Below are positions 1 to 11,753 of a DNA stretch of 35,530 nucleotides, piece by piece. A program made the position numbers and the translations under genes. Within the stretch, counting starts at the first letter, position 1; every line of letters begins with the position of its first letter. The stretch covers positions 1 to 35,530 of the forward strand of contig JALMLS010000498.1 of NCBI GenBank assembly GCA_038496445.1, in the 5' to 3' direction. Below the pieces are notes generated by a model, which worked only from the letters and a program-made list of their open reading frames with translations, was not told where the DNA came from and did not search any database. The DNA comes from Trichosphaerium sp. ATCC 40318 (lineage: Eukaryota > Protista > Tubulinea).

Positions 1-860
1 AAAAAGTCAATGCTGTTATTCCATTCTCAACTTTTTATTTGAAAGCAGTGTTCTATATTCTGTTCTGTATATACAATTACCTTGGTGTAGTATTCAACTG
101 CCTTTGTAACTGTTGAGTCTTGAATAACTTTACCAGTTTATACATGTTCGCTACGACCACATCCTACAATGTACATAAACAAAGAAACTAATACGTAACA
201 GACAAACAAACTCTTAGGTTCTTTTGTTGCTTGTGGACAACCTAGAACGTTCAGTAGGTACAAGAAGAATAAAGTGGAAAACGCAACACTTCAAGTTTAG
301 AACTACGACCACGAGCAAAGTATAATACACTGACTAAGCAAAGCTTATCACATAGCGGCTATGTACATACATCACCTAAGATGTTATTATATTCTCCATT
401 GAGACTCTTCTCCACTTACAGTCAAGATACTTTTGTACAAGAAGTAGAAGAAGTACTACATGGCCTTTTTTTGATTGTTTTTGTTGAGTTGTCACGTGAT
501 TTCTGACCACTAAGTTGTCAATGCCTGTAAAAAAACCCGATAAAGCAAGAAGGAGAAGAAAAAGAATGCTATGAGAATGGTCAACAAAAGGCTCAAGTCT
601 TCTACAAAGATGCCAAGAGAGAAGGGTCAGCAAAAGCTTGGTACGACCATATGGTGGTTTAATGTACAAAGCATACTTTAAAAATGGAAAGCAGTAAGAT
701 TACACAACACATTTTACACACAATCAATTGTGACAAGGAAATTAAACAGAAGCCATTGTGATAGGAACGATGAGAAAACATACTATTTCGAAGATTCTCT
801 GGCGTACAAACACCAAGTAAACAGCGTCATGTATTCACAACAACACATATTTCTTTGGCA
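1..860 (-). CDS. Hypothetical multi-exon protein with hydrophobic segments, running off the window start; exon structure unresolved
   Basis: 97-aa minus-strand ORF at 376-669 with hydrophobic stretches, plus several minus-strand GT..AG signals and a candidate ATG near 861. No family motif recognised. Confidence 0.3.
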
Positions 861-1378
861 TTGTAGTGGTGGGCTCTTAAGCCGATAAGACGAAAATTGC
901 ACTCGATACCTTATTGGTTTATGAAAAGTGCGTTTTTAGCAACGAAAGCAAGAAAATAAAAGGAATTTTTAGCTTGTGAGGGAGGATTTATCCTTTTTTT
1001 TTAAGCTAGTATTAGCTAAAGACCACGCCGATAATATTGTTTTTTTGGCTATTAGCTTATTGCGTTTATTAGTACCATCACCAGTAGCGTGGTTTATCAT
1101 CGGTGTTATTTCCTACACTGTCAATCACACATCAAGTGGTTATATGATACTAAGAAAGTACCAAAAATGACAGCAAATACTACATAAAGTCAGTATTCAT
1201 TCAGAGTGATTAGGGTGGCCAATCACGGTTGCACGGTAGCACCAGCGCCAAGTTCGAAAATGGCCAGAAAATGTTTGACCGACAATTGTGTCGTCGAGTT
1301 GCAACAAAAATCATTGTGCATTCCAACACCACCACTGTACTTTCCCACAACAACGCTGAAGTAAATGTTTCGGCAAAA

Positions 1379-2152
1379 ATGGAAAAAGAAGATACAGAAC
1401 AGACTAATCACGATACATTTGACCTTGTAGCGCTCCCAGTTGAACTTATTGTTCATATACTTAAACAAGAGGCAAATACACTCCATTCCGCCCAAACATG
1501 CCGCTTTTTGCGAGATATTGTTCACAACCACATTGGATACGGTTGTATTAATATTAAAAGTGAAAATGAAGCTCAGATGCTTTCTGGTAGTCCATTACTC
1601 CAGAACACGACTATTACGACTTACTCTCCCCGTAGATCATTAATAACAGATGAGGGTGTTAAGGCATTGTTGGGTGTACACACAATTGATTTAAGACGTG
1701 CAAAAGTCACAGATGAAGGCTTGAAGGCGTTGGCAGGCGTACATACTATTAACTTGAGCCGTTGTGATTTGATAACAGATGAGGGTATCAAGGCTTTGGC
1801 AGGTGTACACACTATTAATTTACAAGTAACGGATGTAACAGATGAAGGTTTAAAGGCGTTGGCTGGTGTACACACTATTGATTTGGATAATTGCCAGTCG
1901 ATAACAGACGAAGGTATCAAGGCTTTGGCTGGCGTACATAGTATCGCTCTACTCTCAGTTGTAACAGATGATGGCCTAAAGGCTTTGGCTGGCGTTCATC
2001 GCATAAAGTTAAGATGGTGTGATAAGATAACAGATGAAGGTATAAAGGCTTTGGCAGGCGTTCATGATATCCAATTGCAATACTGCGAATCAATAACAGA
2101 TAAAGGTATCAAGGCTTTGGCTGGTGTACACAGTATCCAGTTGGTGTCTTAA
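1379..2152 (+). CDS. F-box + leucine-rich-repeat protein (8 'ITDEGxKALAGVHTIxL' repeats), intronless
   Basis: ATG at 1379 (MEKEDT...) precedes the F-box motif DLVALPVELIVHIL...SAQTCRFL. Eight tandem 20-22 aa LRRs follow in a continuous ORF to TAA 2152. The track start at 1229 is a TTG. Confidence 0.9.
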   Translation: MEKEDTEQTNHDTFDLVALPVELIVHILKQEANTLHSAQTCRFLRDIVHNHIGYGCINIKSENEAQMLSGSPLLQNTTITTYSPRRSLITDEGVKALLGVHTIDLRRAKVTDEGLKALAGVHTINLSRCDLITDEGIKALAGVHTINLQVTDVTDEGLKALAGVHTIDLDNCQSITDEGIKALAGVHSIALLSVVTDDGLKALAGVHRIKLRWCDKITDEGIKALAGVHDIQLQYCESITDKGIKALAGVHSIQLVS

Positions 2153-2407
2153 AAGACAGCATCAGTAAGAGACAGAGACATGTGTTATGTACAATGGACA
2201 AGCTTTATTTTACTACAATTCACAAGAGCATATATTTTGGTTTGGGTTCATGACATTTTCGAAAAGACTATCGAAAGTAGAGACAGCAATTATTCACATG
2301 TTAAAAAACGCCACTGATTTGGAATAAAAATTAGCCAAACAAAAAAAAAAAAAAAAGAAGAATATTTTGAGATTTTTTTTTTGTTTTGATTTTTTTATGA
2401 TGAAGCT

Positions 2408-4818
2408 CTATGAGCGTAAAGAAAACGCACATGCAAGTCGTGCTTTTCGTGTCAAGTTTACAACAGGTGTACTCAGGGTTTCATCATCACTACTGCTTGT
2501 TTCATAGCCTGATAATCGAATCAAATCCAGAACATCTCAAAGTTTGTTTTTTTTTTTTGTTTGTTTTGGTGAAGAAAGTTGATATTTTTTTTTTTCTTTT
2601 TTTTTTGTTTTCTCTATTTTACAAATCTACGTGCAAAGTACGAACCGGCATATCCTTCTAAAGCAGGTGTAGGATTACCGTAACCAGAGTCATCAGATTT
2701 ATCACTATCGCTTACTAGTAGAGAAGAGAAAGTAAGCAAAAATGTTTAAATATAGTAACAAGTAATTTCATTTGTTGTAGAAAAAAAAGGATCGTAGATC
2801 AAGTTTTTCATTTGGTTTACTTTATTTTTTAAAAGGTATACTATCTATGTTTAATGTATGTAACAACAAGAACCATTCTGATAAATATAGATGTAGCAAA
2901 CAATAAAAAGAAAAAAAAAGTTGGAATTTTTTTGAAAAAAACTAAAAAGCTTAACGTACAAGATGACTCATCTGAGTGTGATGGTGTTGAGCCATAATCA
3001 AAATTTCGGTTTTGGGAATCATCAGAATCATATGATTCCCGATCACTTAGTACGCCACCAGAAGCAGCAAACTCATCAGAATCAGAACCAAATCCATGTT
3101 CGCTCACTAGCCGGATCACATTCTGGTGTCTGAGCAATGTATCTCTATCTACTGAATTATCTACTTGATAGTAATCATATTCACACTAATATCACGTGAG
3201 TTTTGACAAGACAAGTTGAGTTAAGACAGCTCAATAGTGGCTTAAATAAATGTTTGCGAATAAAATTCATCCATGAAACTTACTTCGTCATCTGAAGGCC
3301 ATTCAATAACTTCTTTACCACCAGAAGATGATTCTGCAACAAGTTGTATTCCATTACAGACCAAACTCGATCTAATATTAAATAGGTGAGCAACAAGGAA
3401 GGAACAAGAAGAAAAAGACAAAAAGAGCAACTTAATGCTGTTTTGGAGCTCCTCCTCCGGGAATCGAACCCGGGTTGGCAACGTGACAGGCTACCGTGCT
3501 AAACCACTACACTAAGGAGGATGTGCTTGTGATTTAAGAAGGCAGGTGTAGCGAGCAGTCAGAAAAGAGGTCTTTACAACAGAATTTGGAATCAAAACTG
3601 TAAAAAGAGTTTTTATTTTTTTCATTCAAAGAAAAGTTTGGCTTGTAATCAAAAAGGTCTCATACCGTTTGGTTGGTTTTGGTACATCTGTGTCACTGGG
3701 AGCAAAAGAAAATTTCCTAGGGCTTCAGTTGGAGTGGTAAGAATAAGGCCACAAGGGTAGTCGCATAACGTTTTGCAAAAAAACTTACAATTGCAAAAAA
3801 AAAAAAAAAAAGAAAAAAGATTGTTAGAACACTTACGAGTGTAATGTTATTGCTGTACATGTCACGCCTTCTTTTTTTTCTTTAGTGAGTTCTAATACTT
3901 TTACACCCTCAACACTAACTCGCGTAAGTTAACAGGAACAAAGACAAAAAAATCAATAATTTTTTAATTGAGTTTGTTGGTTGTAGCGTACTCTTTCACA
4001 TCAATTTGACGCAATGAATTTAATCTAGATACCTTAGACATTCGCCTATCTTTTTGGTGGCTTCTAAAACGTCATTTTAAAACAAGTATGTACAGAAAAA
4101 AGGTACTTCTAAATTTAGTAATATTTTATCAAAAAAAAAATTGCGTACTGTCGGCGGTAGTCCATTGGATCGCCTCTCTTGAATCCAGGCACATGCTCAC
4201 GGTTGAATACAGCACTCATACGTTTCCTACGAGCAACGCGATCCTATGTGAGTCGTAAGGACTTGAAGAAAACCACGATCCAACCAGAAAATTGCGTCCA
4301 AAAAAAACCATAAAAGTTGATAACTTTTACTGTCATTGGCATTGCCTAAAATAATCTCATCGTAGACGTACTTCTAATTCATGTGGGAGTGCTGTAGCGC
4401 TCTCACTTGATCCAATATACCGAAAAAGTTGCCTTGCTGGTTGATAGAGTGAGTTTTGTTGAAAATACATTTTTCTTTTGTTAAAATGTAGTTATAAAGC
4501 CGTACGTTCCGCCAGTATTTTTTTTGTGGCGCTGTCTTTCCCTTTATCGTTGTTTGAAAGAGAAAAATTAGCCAGTGCTTCTGTAAGAGTACGTTTTGTT
4601 GGGCGTTGTTCTACAACTATTTTAAAGCGTAAGGGATGCATTTAGGGCGCATTAATTGTTTGATTGGTTATATCCATACCAAAACTATCACAAAGATCCT
4701 CCTCCCGCTTCCTTTTAACGCGTAAAATCGTCCCGTTTACTTTTTGGGCGGGGGAAACAATCCGTACAGGCATCTGCTTTAAACGCCTGTTCCTTGCTTG
4801 TGCCCTTCGTTCTTTCAT
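2408..4818 (-). CDS. IWR1: RNA polymerase II nuclear import factor Iwr1/SLC7A6OS (DMS4-like), multi-exon
   Basis: Hand-splicing at GT-AG sites gives an open frame: MKERRA...TILRVKRKREEDLCDSF|VVEQRPTKR...|PRQLFRYIGS...|EWPSDDE|CEYDYY...YDSDDSQNRNFDYG. The LRVKRKR N-terminal motif and acidic YDYY...DS..N.DY C-terminal motif are Iwr1 hallmarks. The last exon and stop are uncertain. Confidence 0.75.
3449..3521 (-). tRNA. tRNA-Asp (anticodon GUC)
   Basis: TCCTCCT TA GTGT AGTGGTTTA GCAC G GTAGC CTGTCAC GTTGC CAAC CCGGG TTCGATT CCCGG AGGAGGA G: perfect 7-bp acceptor stem, canonical T-loop, G discriminator, and a T5 Pol III terminator about 25 nt downstream. Confidence 0.96.
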
Positions 4819-5245
4819 TATAATACACTTTGCTACTTCATTCGTGGTGTTTCAGACAAACTGATTTGTACGTTAAAAAGTTGTAACGAAGTCAACCCAA
4901 AAAAACGAAGAAACAAATTTCGTTCAACAGTATCTTCGCGTGTCATTTGTTGGAAGCATCTTCTATATCAGTACTACATTGTCATTGTGACACAAATAGA
5001 TGAAATCGATTTTTATCACGTGTTTTCGTCTCACTTCACAATTCTAGTCTTTTTTCAGATTTGTCTTCCCAGGAAGTCTTAAGGGTGGCTACGACGCCCA
5101 AAAATGTTTAGATGAATGTATCGCGTGTAGACTTTGGCTGTTGAAAGTAGAGGAAAGCTAGTGTAGTTTTGAAGAAACAGAAGTAAAACTTGAATTGAGA
5201 ATTGTATAATGTTTATTGGTATACAGAATGAGGTGCAAACAGATT

Positions 5246-5970
5246 ATATATCTTTCTTTTACCACAGATCATCTGAACAACATACAGGAAAGAAAAAATC
5301 ATAGCAATAGCTCTCACGGTTGGATAGGTTGAGTGGACAGTTTTCAGCAGGGTCATTGCCAGGATCTGAGTTTACGTTTAAACAGAGTAAAAAAGAGCGC
5401 ATGCAGCCCGACACTGTGGACAACTCTACAACATGGGTTAGCTAGCGATAGGTATACTTCTCCAGCACGAATACGTTCTTCGCGAATTCGTGTTCTACAC
5501 GCTCTTGACTATCACCTATGTAGATTTATATCACGTGATTAGTTTCGGCTATTTGATTTTGGGATACAAAGTACATGAGCCCATTTTAATTGGTTTTTTG
5601 TTCGGTTGTTTATTACACTCAAGGAGCGTTTTATAAAAACGTCTCTGAAGGCAAATATACGGAAGTCTAACTAGTATACCAGCTGCTCCAAAAGCGGTTA
5701 TGGTTTACTTCCATACAGTAAACTCACGTACATCAAAAGTATTAAGCACTTTATTTGCGAAAGGAAAATCATATCTGCGGAATGGAGTTGCTTGGCCGAC
5801 TATTATTTTTTGGCTGCCAGTAACTTTTTACGTTCTTCTGATTTTTTACCAACTTTTCTACCTGATTCCAAAGAAGCTATGAGCTAACTATGCATACCAG
5901 AATCGCATCAAGTTGCCCTAAGCTTCAACTGAAACTCGAAAATTTAAAGGAAAAGAAACCAATCGCATTG
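5246..5970 (-). CDS. Small hypothetical multi-exon protein (not in ORF track)
   Basis: Consecutive short exons splice in frame: RYDFPFANKVLNTFD|RRFYKTLLE|CDSQERVEHEFAKNVFVLE|KVVHS, with GTACGT/GTAATA/GTATAC donors and a CTAAC branch site. Start and stop are not firmly resolved. Confidence 0.45.
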
Positions 5971-6074
5971 TGGGCAGCGTATTAATTTTGGGACACGTTA
6001 AATGAACGTACAAGAGAGTAATCCATAACAAGCGATGAAAATCGCCCATCGCAGGTTTTTTTCTTATTTTCTCA

Positions 6075-6104
6075 ATTTCCCTGGATTTCCCTGGTATTCC
6101 CTGG
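6075..6104. promoter_or_regulatory. Three tandem 10-bp repeats (core TTCCCTGG) upstream of the metallothionein gene
   Basis: ATTTCCCTGG ATTTCCCTGG TATTCCCTGG, ending 62 bp before the ATG at 6167. The repeat is seen directly; a regulatory role is inference. Confidence 0.4.
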
Positions 6105-6166
6105 GAAACGCCCCGGATTACCAATTATCCTAACTTCAATCCACACTAAACAACAACGATTAAACT

Positions 6167-6749
6167 ATGAGCGAAACAAAAACAAGTATGTATTACGCCG
6201 AAAAAGAATCTACGGGCATTCTTGATGCCGAAAGAACAACAACTCGTAACTTTCGGTTCCTCGCCTTTATACTTTATTTCTAGCTTCCACAGGCTGCGGA
6301 TGCGGTTCACCTTGCCCTTGTGGCACCGATTGCCAATGCGGTGTAAAGGCCGATAAACAAGAAGGTTCGTTTCTTTGCGTTAAACGACTGTTACTCACTG
6401 CACCGTAGTAAAACAAGAGAGCTCCGGCAAAGCTTGCGGTTGCGACCCATGTAACTGCACTACATGCGGTTGCACAGCTGAGAAACCAGGTACGAAGCAA
6501 CAAGGGCTCAATTATGGCTCGTTTGCCTTTATTTCTGCTAAAGTGTTTTCCCACCACTAACAATATGCTAGCTACAAAGCGCACAGATGCTTGTGACTGT
6601 ACAGTATGCGGCTGCGATGATTGCGCTTGTGGTACACTATTTTTCGGTCGAAAACTCTAAAGTACTTATTTTTTGCTTTAGGCGTATCTTCAAAGAGGAC
6701 TGACGCTTGTGCTTGCGATACATGCACTTGCACTACGTGTACATGCTAA
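6167..6749 (+). CDS. Metallothionein, 5 exons, about 102 aa, 24 Cys in four (CxC)3 modules
   Basis: Spliced product MSETKT|TSTGCGCGSPCPCGTDCQCGVKADKQE|VKQESSGKACGCDPCNCTTCGCTAEKP|ATKRTDACDCTVCGCDDCAC|GVSSKRTDACACDTCTCTTCTC*. Four GT-AG phase-1 introns; no aromatic residues. Confidence 0.92.
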
Positions 6750-7037
6750 ATCGTCACGACCGATTTTTAATTTTTAATATAACTCCCTTGTACAGTAAAC
6801 ACAGTGTTTAAAACAAAACCAGACGCGTTGTAGTTTCTCCTAAAGAAAAACAACATTTTAACTTTTGCGATTTCCTTTCGTAGCAATCACTCTTTTCCCG
6901 TTCTCAACGCACTCAAGAAAGTCTGTATTGTCTGTAGCTAGAAGAATAAGGCAATAAAAAGAACTAAATAAAGAATGCGGAGAAACGCGTATAAACTTCT
7001 GTATGTGCGTCAGAAAGAGTTCACAGTGGCTAAGGTT

Positions 7038-8602
7038 TTATTTTAAGGAACTTTGGTCTTTCTTGTCGTGGTTTGGACTCCAAGGTACACTTTCGGGTTT
7101 AAACTTATCAAAGGACATGTTAAACAAGTGCTTCTTTAACATTAGGCTATCGCGGCTGCAGTTTATGAGTAGCACACCAAGTTCGAAGTTATTGATTCTG
7201 ACTGTCTGTGTTGTATCTGTACTCTTGATAAATCCCCACGCAGAGCCGCTCAAGTTATGTGATCCAGCGTATAACCATCCTACACCATCAGAAATCCTCC
7301 AATACAGCTTTGAGTGATACAGCAAACCTTCAAAAAAAAAAGAGAAAAAAGTAAGATATTTTAACCTTGCATAAACACCAAAAAAAAAAGTCCGTACTGC
7401 TCCATTTAGTATCCACAAGGTCATAACAATGTTCGCGAAAGTCTCTAGATACTTCATTACAGTAAAAATACCATCCATGCTCCTTACAAAACGAAGACTT
7501 TTCCATTGAATTGACACATGGGAAAATAATCTGAGTGTCAATATTTTCGTTCCCACAGCATAATGTTGATGAGAGGCAAGGTAAAAACTTACTTCTACCT
7601 TTACCATATACCCTTCCTATATTACTTGTTTGTATACAAAGAGGTGTTTTTGATGATTCAAACTCTTCTGGAAACTTGATATTTTGAAGAACCTTTCTGA
7701 TCCTAAAACATCCCAAATTTTCAAGTTGACTTCCGCTCCATTTACCAGGAATAGAAGCCACCTGTTAGTAATTTAACAACATAACGTCGATTACATATCT
7801 ATACTTACTAAGGACACGGAAGCTCGAGACATATCATAACAAGACAAATCAGGAATATCACTGACATCTTGTTCTTCAATAAGTATTGAAATAAAATAGC
7901 TTAACTGATCCACAAAATCCTTAGCTTTACTCCTTACTTAGAGTTAATGCCTAAAATATAAGGTACACTGCTATGAGACAGTCGTACCCATATTCTGGAG
8001 CAGTTTTTGTTTGATCCAATCGCGGGAAATCCTGAAACCAAAAATTCTCTGTCATACCTTCCCAATCCATGGGTTTAACATTAGCGCTGCTGATGACAAC
8101 GCGCAAAAAAGTGTCAAATGTTAATAGCCATAGTTTACAGTGTAATGTCCCTTTTCTCATTGGGTGTATAATTCGTAAGCGTGAAGAACCTTGAGGAAGG
8201 GTGTTTAGGCGTTTTGGTCGAATTACAGCTAAAACCAACTTTTTAATAGGTTTGCGCGTACCTCCTGTTTGTATGTTACGTTTAGGACACATTAAAGTGA
8301 TTTTAGTGTCCGTGGGGAACATTGACTCGAGAAAATCAGTCTCGTACAATAAAGTTGTTATAAACGCATTGGATAGATAGCAGGGTATATTTGACGCGCT
8401 TTTAGAGCTTTTTGAAGTTACTTTGGATTTGACGTTTAAAACAGTACTTGTCTACGTCGACCATAGGGAATCCAATCAATGACGCAGTGGATATTGCCCA
8501 ACTAGGCTCAAAATAACCTGATACAGAATTGAACAATACGTCACTACCATCTAGGTTCAACGTTACGCTTGTGTTTGCTTCTCGCTTTGTTATGAGCTCC
8601 AT
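7038..8602 (-). CDS. TDP1: Tyrosyl-DNA phosphodiesterase 1, multi-exon
   Basis: Two HKN catalytic motifs: HCKLWLLTF...LRVVISSANV...DW...FWFQDFP and HSKLYWR...WLYAGSHNLSGSAWG...INNFELGVL; also ASIPG. Confidence 0.92.
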
Positions 8603-9054
8603 CGTATTGCGAGGTCTGTCGTTTGAAAAAAGTACAAAAAATGGTCAGTTGAGGCTGTTGATTTTGCAAAATAGGAAAAAGGCTGTAGCATGATGTTAAC
8701 GAAAAGAACTCACAAAAGCCGAAACGGGATTCACAATGAAAACGAAGCAAATGGGTGGATGGCTAGTTTGGTTTGTTGTGACCACGTACGTGAAATATAT
8801 TGAGTTAAAATCACTTGATGAAGGAATTGACCCGCAAAAAAGATTATCGATAATCACGTTTTTCAGTTATACTCATAACCTGAATAATATCTACGCCTCA
8901 TATTTGATAAATGGATGCTATCAGGTGAATTAAATATTTACTGTTGTTAACAATGTACTGAATGCTCATAGTGATGAGAAAATTAAAAAATGAGATTATC
9001 GTTAATCTTTTTTTGTAGGCAAATACAACTCAAAATGTCGGGTTTTTTTGAATC

Positions 9055-10482
9055 TTATATTTTATACATGAATACAGCCAAAGCTACCAGTGATGCACCA
9101 AAGGTGAATTGAAGTGTGAGCGCATTACCAAAAACAAAAACAGCAATAATACTCGACAGAATAATAGAAATACCAGCAGCGAAGCCTAAAGCAAAAACAA
9201 CATTAGTAAAAAACCAACAAACATCAGTTCTTGTTTGCCTTATAAATCTATCTGCATAGATCAACAACGTACCTTTCACAATATTATCAGCGTATTTTAC
9301 TACAGCACCGACAATCAAACCAGTACAAGCTTGAAGAATAACAACAAGAACAACCATCTTATCATATCCATAAAAAAATCCGTTTTCAACAATAGACGGC
9401 CAATCAGGTGATAAGTAAACAATTACTGCATTGAATACGACACTCCATGTTGCCATTTGTAGGTTTCTCTGCCACAGAGTTTCAGTACCACTTCTAAGAG
9501 TGTACCCGAAATATACCTATTTTATTTTGTTAGCACCAAATCCATTTTCAAAAAAGCCACTCTGACAGAGTGCATGTTGCTTAGAAAAATAACTATACCC
9601 CTGCTGCACCGGAGCATACACTTGCTGTTAATACAGCAATAACTCCACCGACAATATCTCGTGGACCTACATTAATAAGCAAGACTTTTTTACTTCAAAA
9701 TTCTACAATCTTAGAACGTACCTTCAACTGGAGTGCCAACACGCTCGAGGTTTACCACAACATACCCGGTTACTAAAACACCCATGGCAAGCCATTGACG
9801 ACCTGATAGCCTCCTCCCAAGGAACATGACAGAAAAAATTGCAGTAAAGAAGACTAAACAACATTAACGGAAAACTGAAGTGAGACACTTTTGACTTCTC
9901 GCTTGCCTTTGAGCTGATAAAGTACCTGTCACGTGTTAGCACGTGTTTAACATTTGTAAACAATTACAAACCTGATAAGGTGCTGGATCTAAGTTCGAGA
10001 TGGCGTAGTATATCAAGTTGTTCTGTATGGCGTAAATGAATCCGGGAACAGCAACAAGGAATGCAGATTTGGTAAAAAACGTCTGAGAAAATGTAGTCGC
10101 CAAACTATCGCTTTTACTGCTTGTAGATGCAGCAACGATGATAATAATGCATATGATAGCCTTTAGAGCCTAGTGTAAAGCGTGTTAAATACATTTAGCG
10201 TCAATTAGTTTATAAATAGTATTTACGCCCACAAGCACACCGAGTGGTGCGTCTTAGACAGTTTATTGTCAAGACGTAGTTGAAAAACTTTGTACTACAA
10301 AAGTTTTAGGCTATTACCTCCGCCAGAAGGAGTACTGTTGATCTCAAGTACATTGGACCCTCTCTTTTACGCGTGTAACTCAATAATAGCACTAAAACTG
10401 TCATTTGAGCTACCATCAGCGTCAACGCAATGTATTTGAGCCTATTGCGCTGAGCAATCTTTTCTTCCTTTTCTCCTTTCAT
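9055..10482 (-). CDS. SLC35A-family nucleotide-sugar transporter (UDP-Gal/UDP-GlcNAc/CMP-Sia type), multi-exon
   Basis: LKYIALTLMVAQ...YLRSTVLLLAE, AVPGFIYAIQNNLIYYAISNLDPAPYQ, GFFYGYD...GLIVGAVVKYADNIVKGFA motifs. Substrate cannot be called from sequence. Confidence 0.92.
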
Positions 10483-10987
10483 TGTGACACTTCAAACTCA
10501 ATTTCTTTGGAACATGGATATTAAGCAACATTAAGCAATGAAAACTGGTGACTGTGTAGTGAACATAAGGCTGTGTACTGCAACGTTGTTGTTTATTTAT
10601 ATTAGAAACTACGCGTAAAGTAGATCTTTACCAACACAGAAAATAGAAAGTTTTTATCAAAAAGTGCGGTGTGATATTTCTTGAAAAAAAAGACAAGATT
10701 TACAAAAAACGATCTCAAAAAAAACAATGCTTCCACCTGGTCGCATGAATAAATGTCTGGACAACGCAGTCCGCAAGCCACAGCGAAGTAGCCAGTAGAC
10801 TCAAAGTCAGGCTCGCAAATGACAAGTTTGGTAACGAACGCTTCTGGTGTGTTTCTTTTGTTCAAGAAACGCACAGTGCAGACGCTTCATCCACGAGGGA
10901 TTGGTAATGACGTAATCTCCTAGAATGATGTCAGTGACTAATCACAATCAATCGTAAATCAAAAAAACTTTTTGAAAGAGGTTTTTG

Positions 10988-11078
10988 TTTTTCCTCAGCT
11001 AATGACAATTCTCCATGGTTTTAGGCCGACCAAGACCGTCTGAACGAGCTGCCAAATTTATGCATCATGTAGGAAAAA
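10988..11078 (-). ncRNA. Candidate intronic box C/D snoRNA
   Basis: TTTTTCC-tac-ATGATGC (box C variant)...CTGA (box D)-GGAAAAA, closed by a 7-bp terminal stem, inside a putative GTACGC...CTGAC...CTAG intron (11116-10920). No target identified. Confidence 0.4.
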
Positions 11079-11753
11079 TAGAAAGGAGAAAATGAGAAAT
11101 TAGGGTGAATGCGTACATTTAAACTGAAAAGATAGTTCTAAGAGCGCGTGTGATGGAAAGTAGCCTATATCTTCCGTTAGATGAGAAGATAAAAGGAGAC
11201 AAATGGAGTAAAGTTGAGAAATCAGTAAAATAAGAGTAAAATCACAAGATTTCATTCCCGAAAGGTATAAACATCATGACAAATGGTTTACTAGGGCAAG
11301 CAAAAAAAAATGAACCAAACAACGTACGTGCTACATCCTGGCGCTGCGATGTACTCACTCAGGTACACCTCAACGCTAAAAAGTATAATGCCCTACGTTA
11401 GGAGGTGCATTAGCTGTATGTTGGCGATATTTTGACTCATAAAGACACCAATTATTCTTACGCAAAAAAAAAAGTCAACCAAAATATTGTCACTCGCTGA
11501 CAGTTTCGCGGTTGTGATCAGCAAACGCGATTCTCTGCCTAAATGCTAGTAACATGCAGAGGCGTACTATGTATTGGCAAGAGCCAATAATTGATCAGAC
11601 TGTAGCCAATTGTCACAAATAAATTTATTGTTTACACGCACATAAAAATTACTTTAAAAACAACCCTCAAGCCGGCCTCCTTTTTCTTCTTTTTTTTTTG
11701 TTCAATTTTTTTTTCAATGACACTTCAAAACAGAACCAATCGTGATTTTGTAT

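Noticed and set aside
1223-1920. Antisense/alternative-frame ORFs over the LRR gene (likewise 27900-28124, 26296-26554, 21203-21448, 11742-12137, 12240-12596)
   Set aside because: Shadow ORFs of real genes with no independent motifs.
2341-2400. Long A and T tracts as a retrocopy poly(A) tail or hairpin
   Set aside because: Homopolymer runs are ubiquitous in introns and UTRs of this sequence, and no TSD was found.
6267-6584. 105-aa minus-strand ORF
   Set aside because: Antisense shadow of the metallothionein exons.
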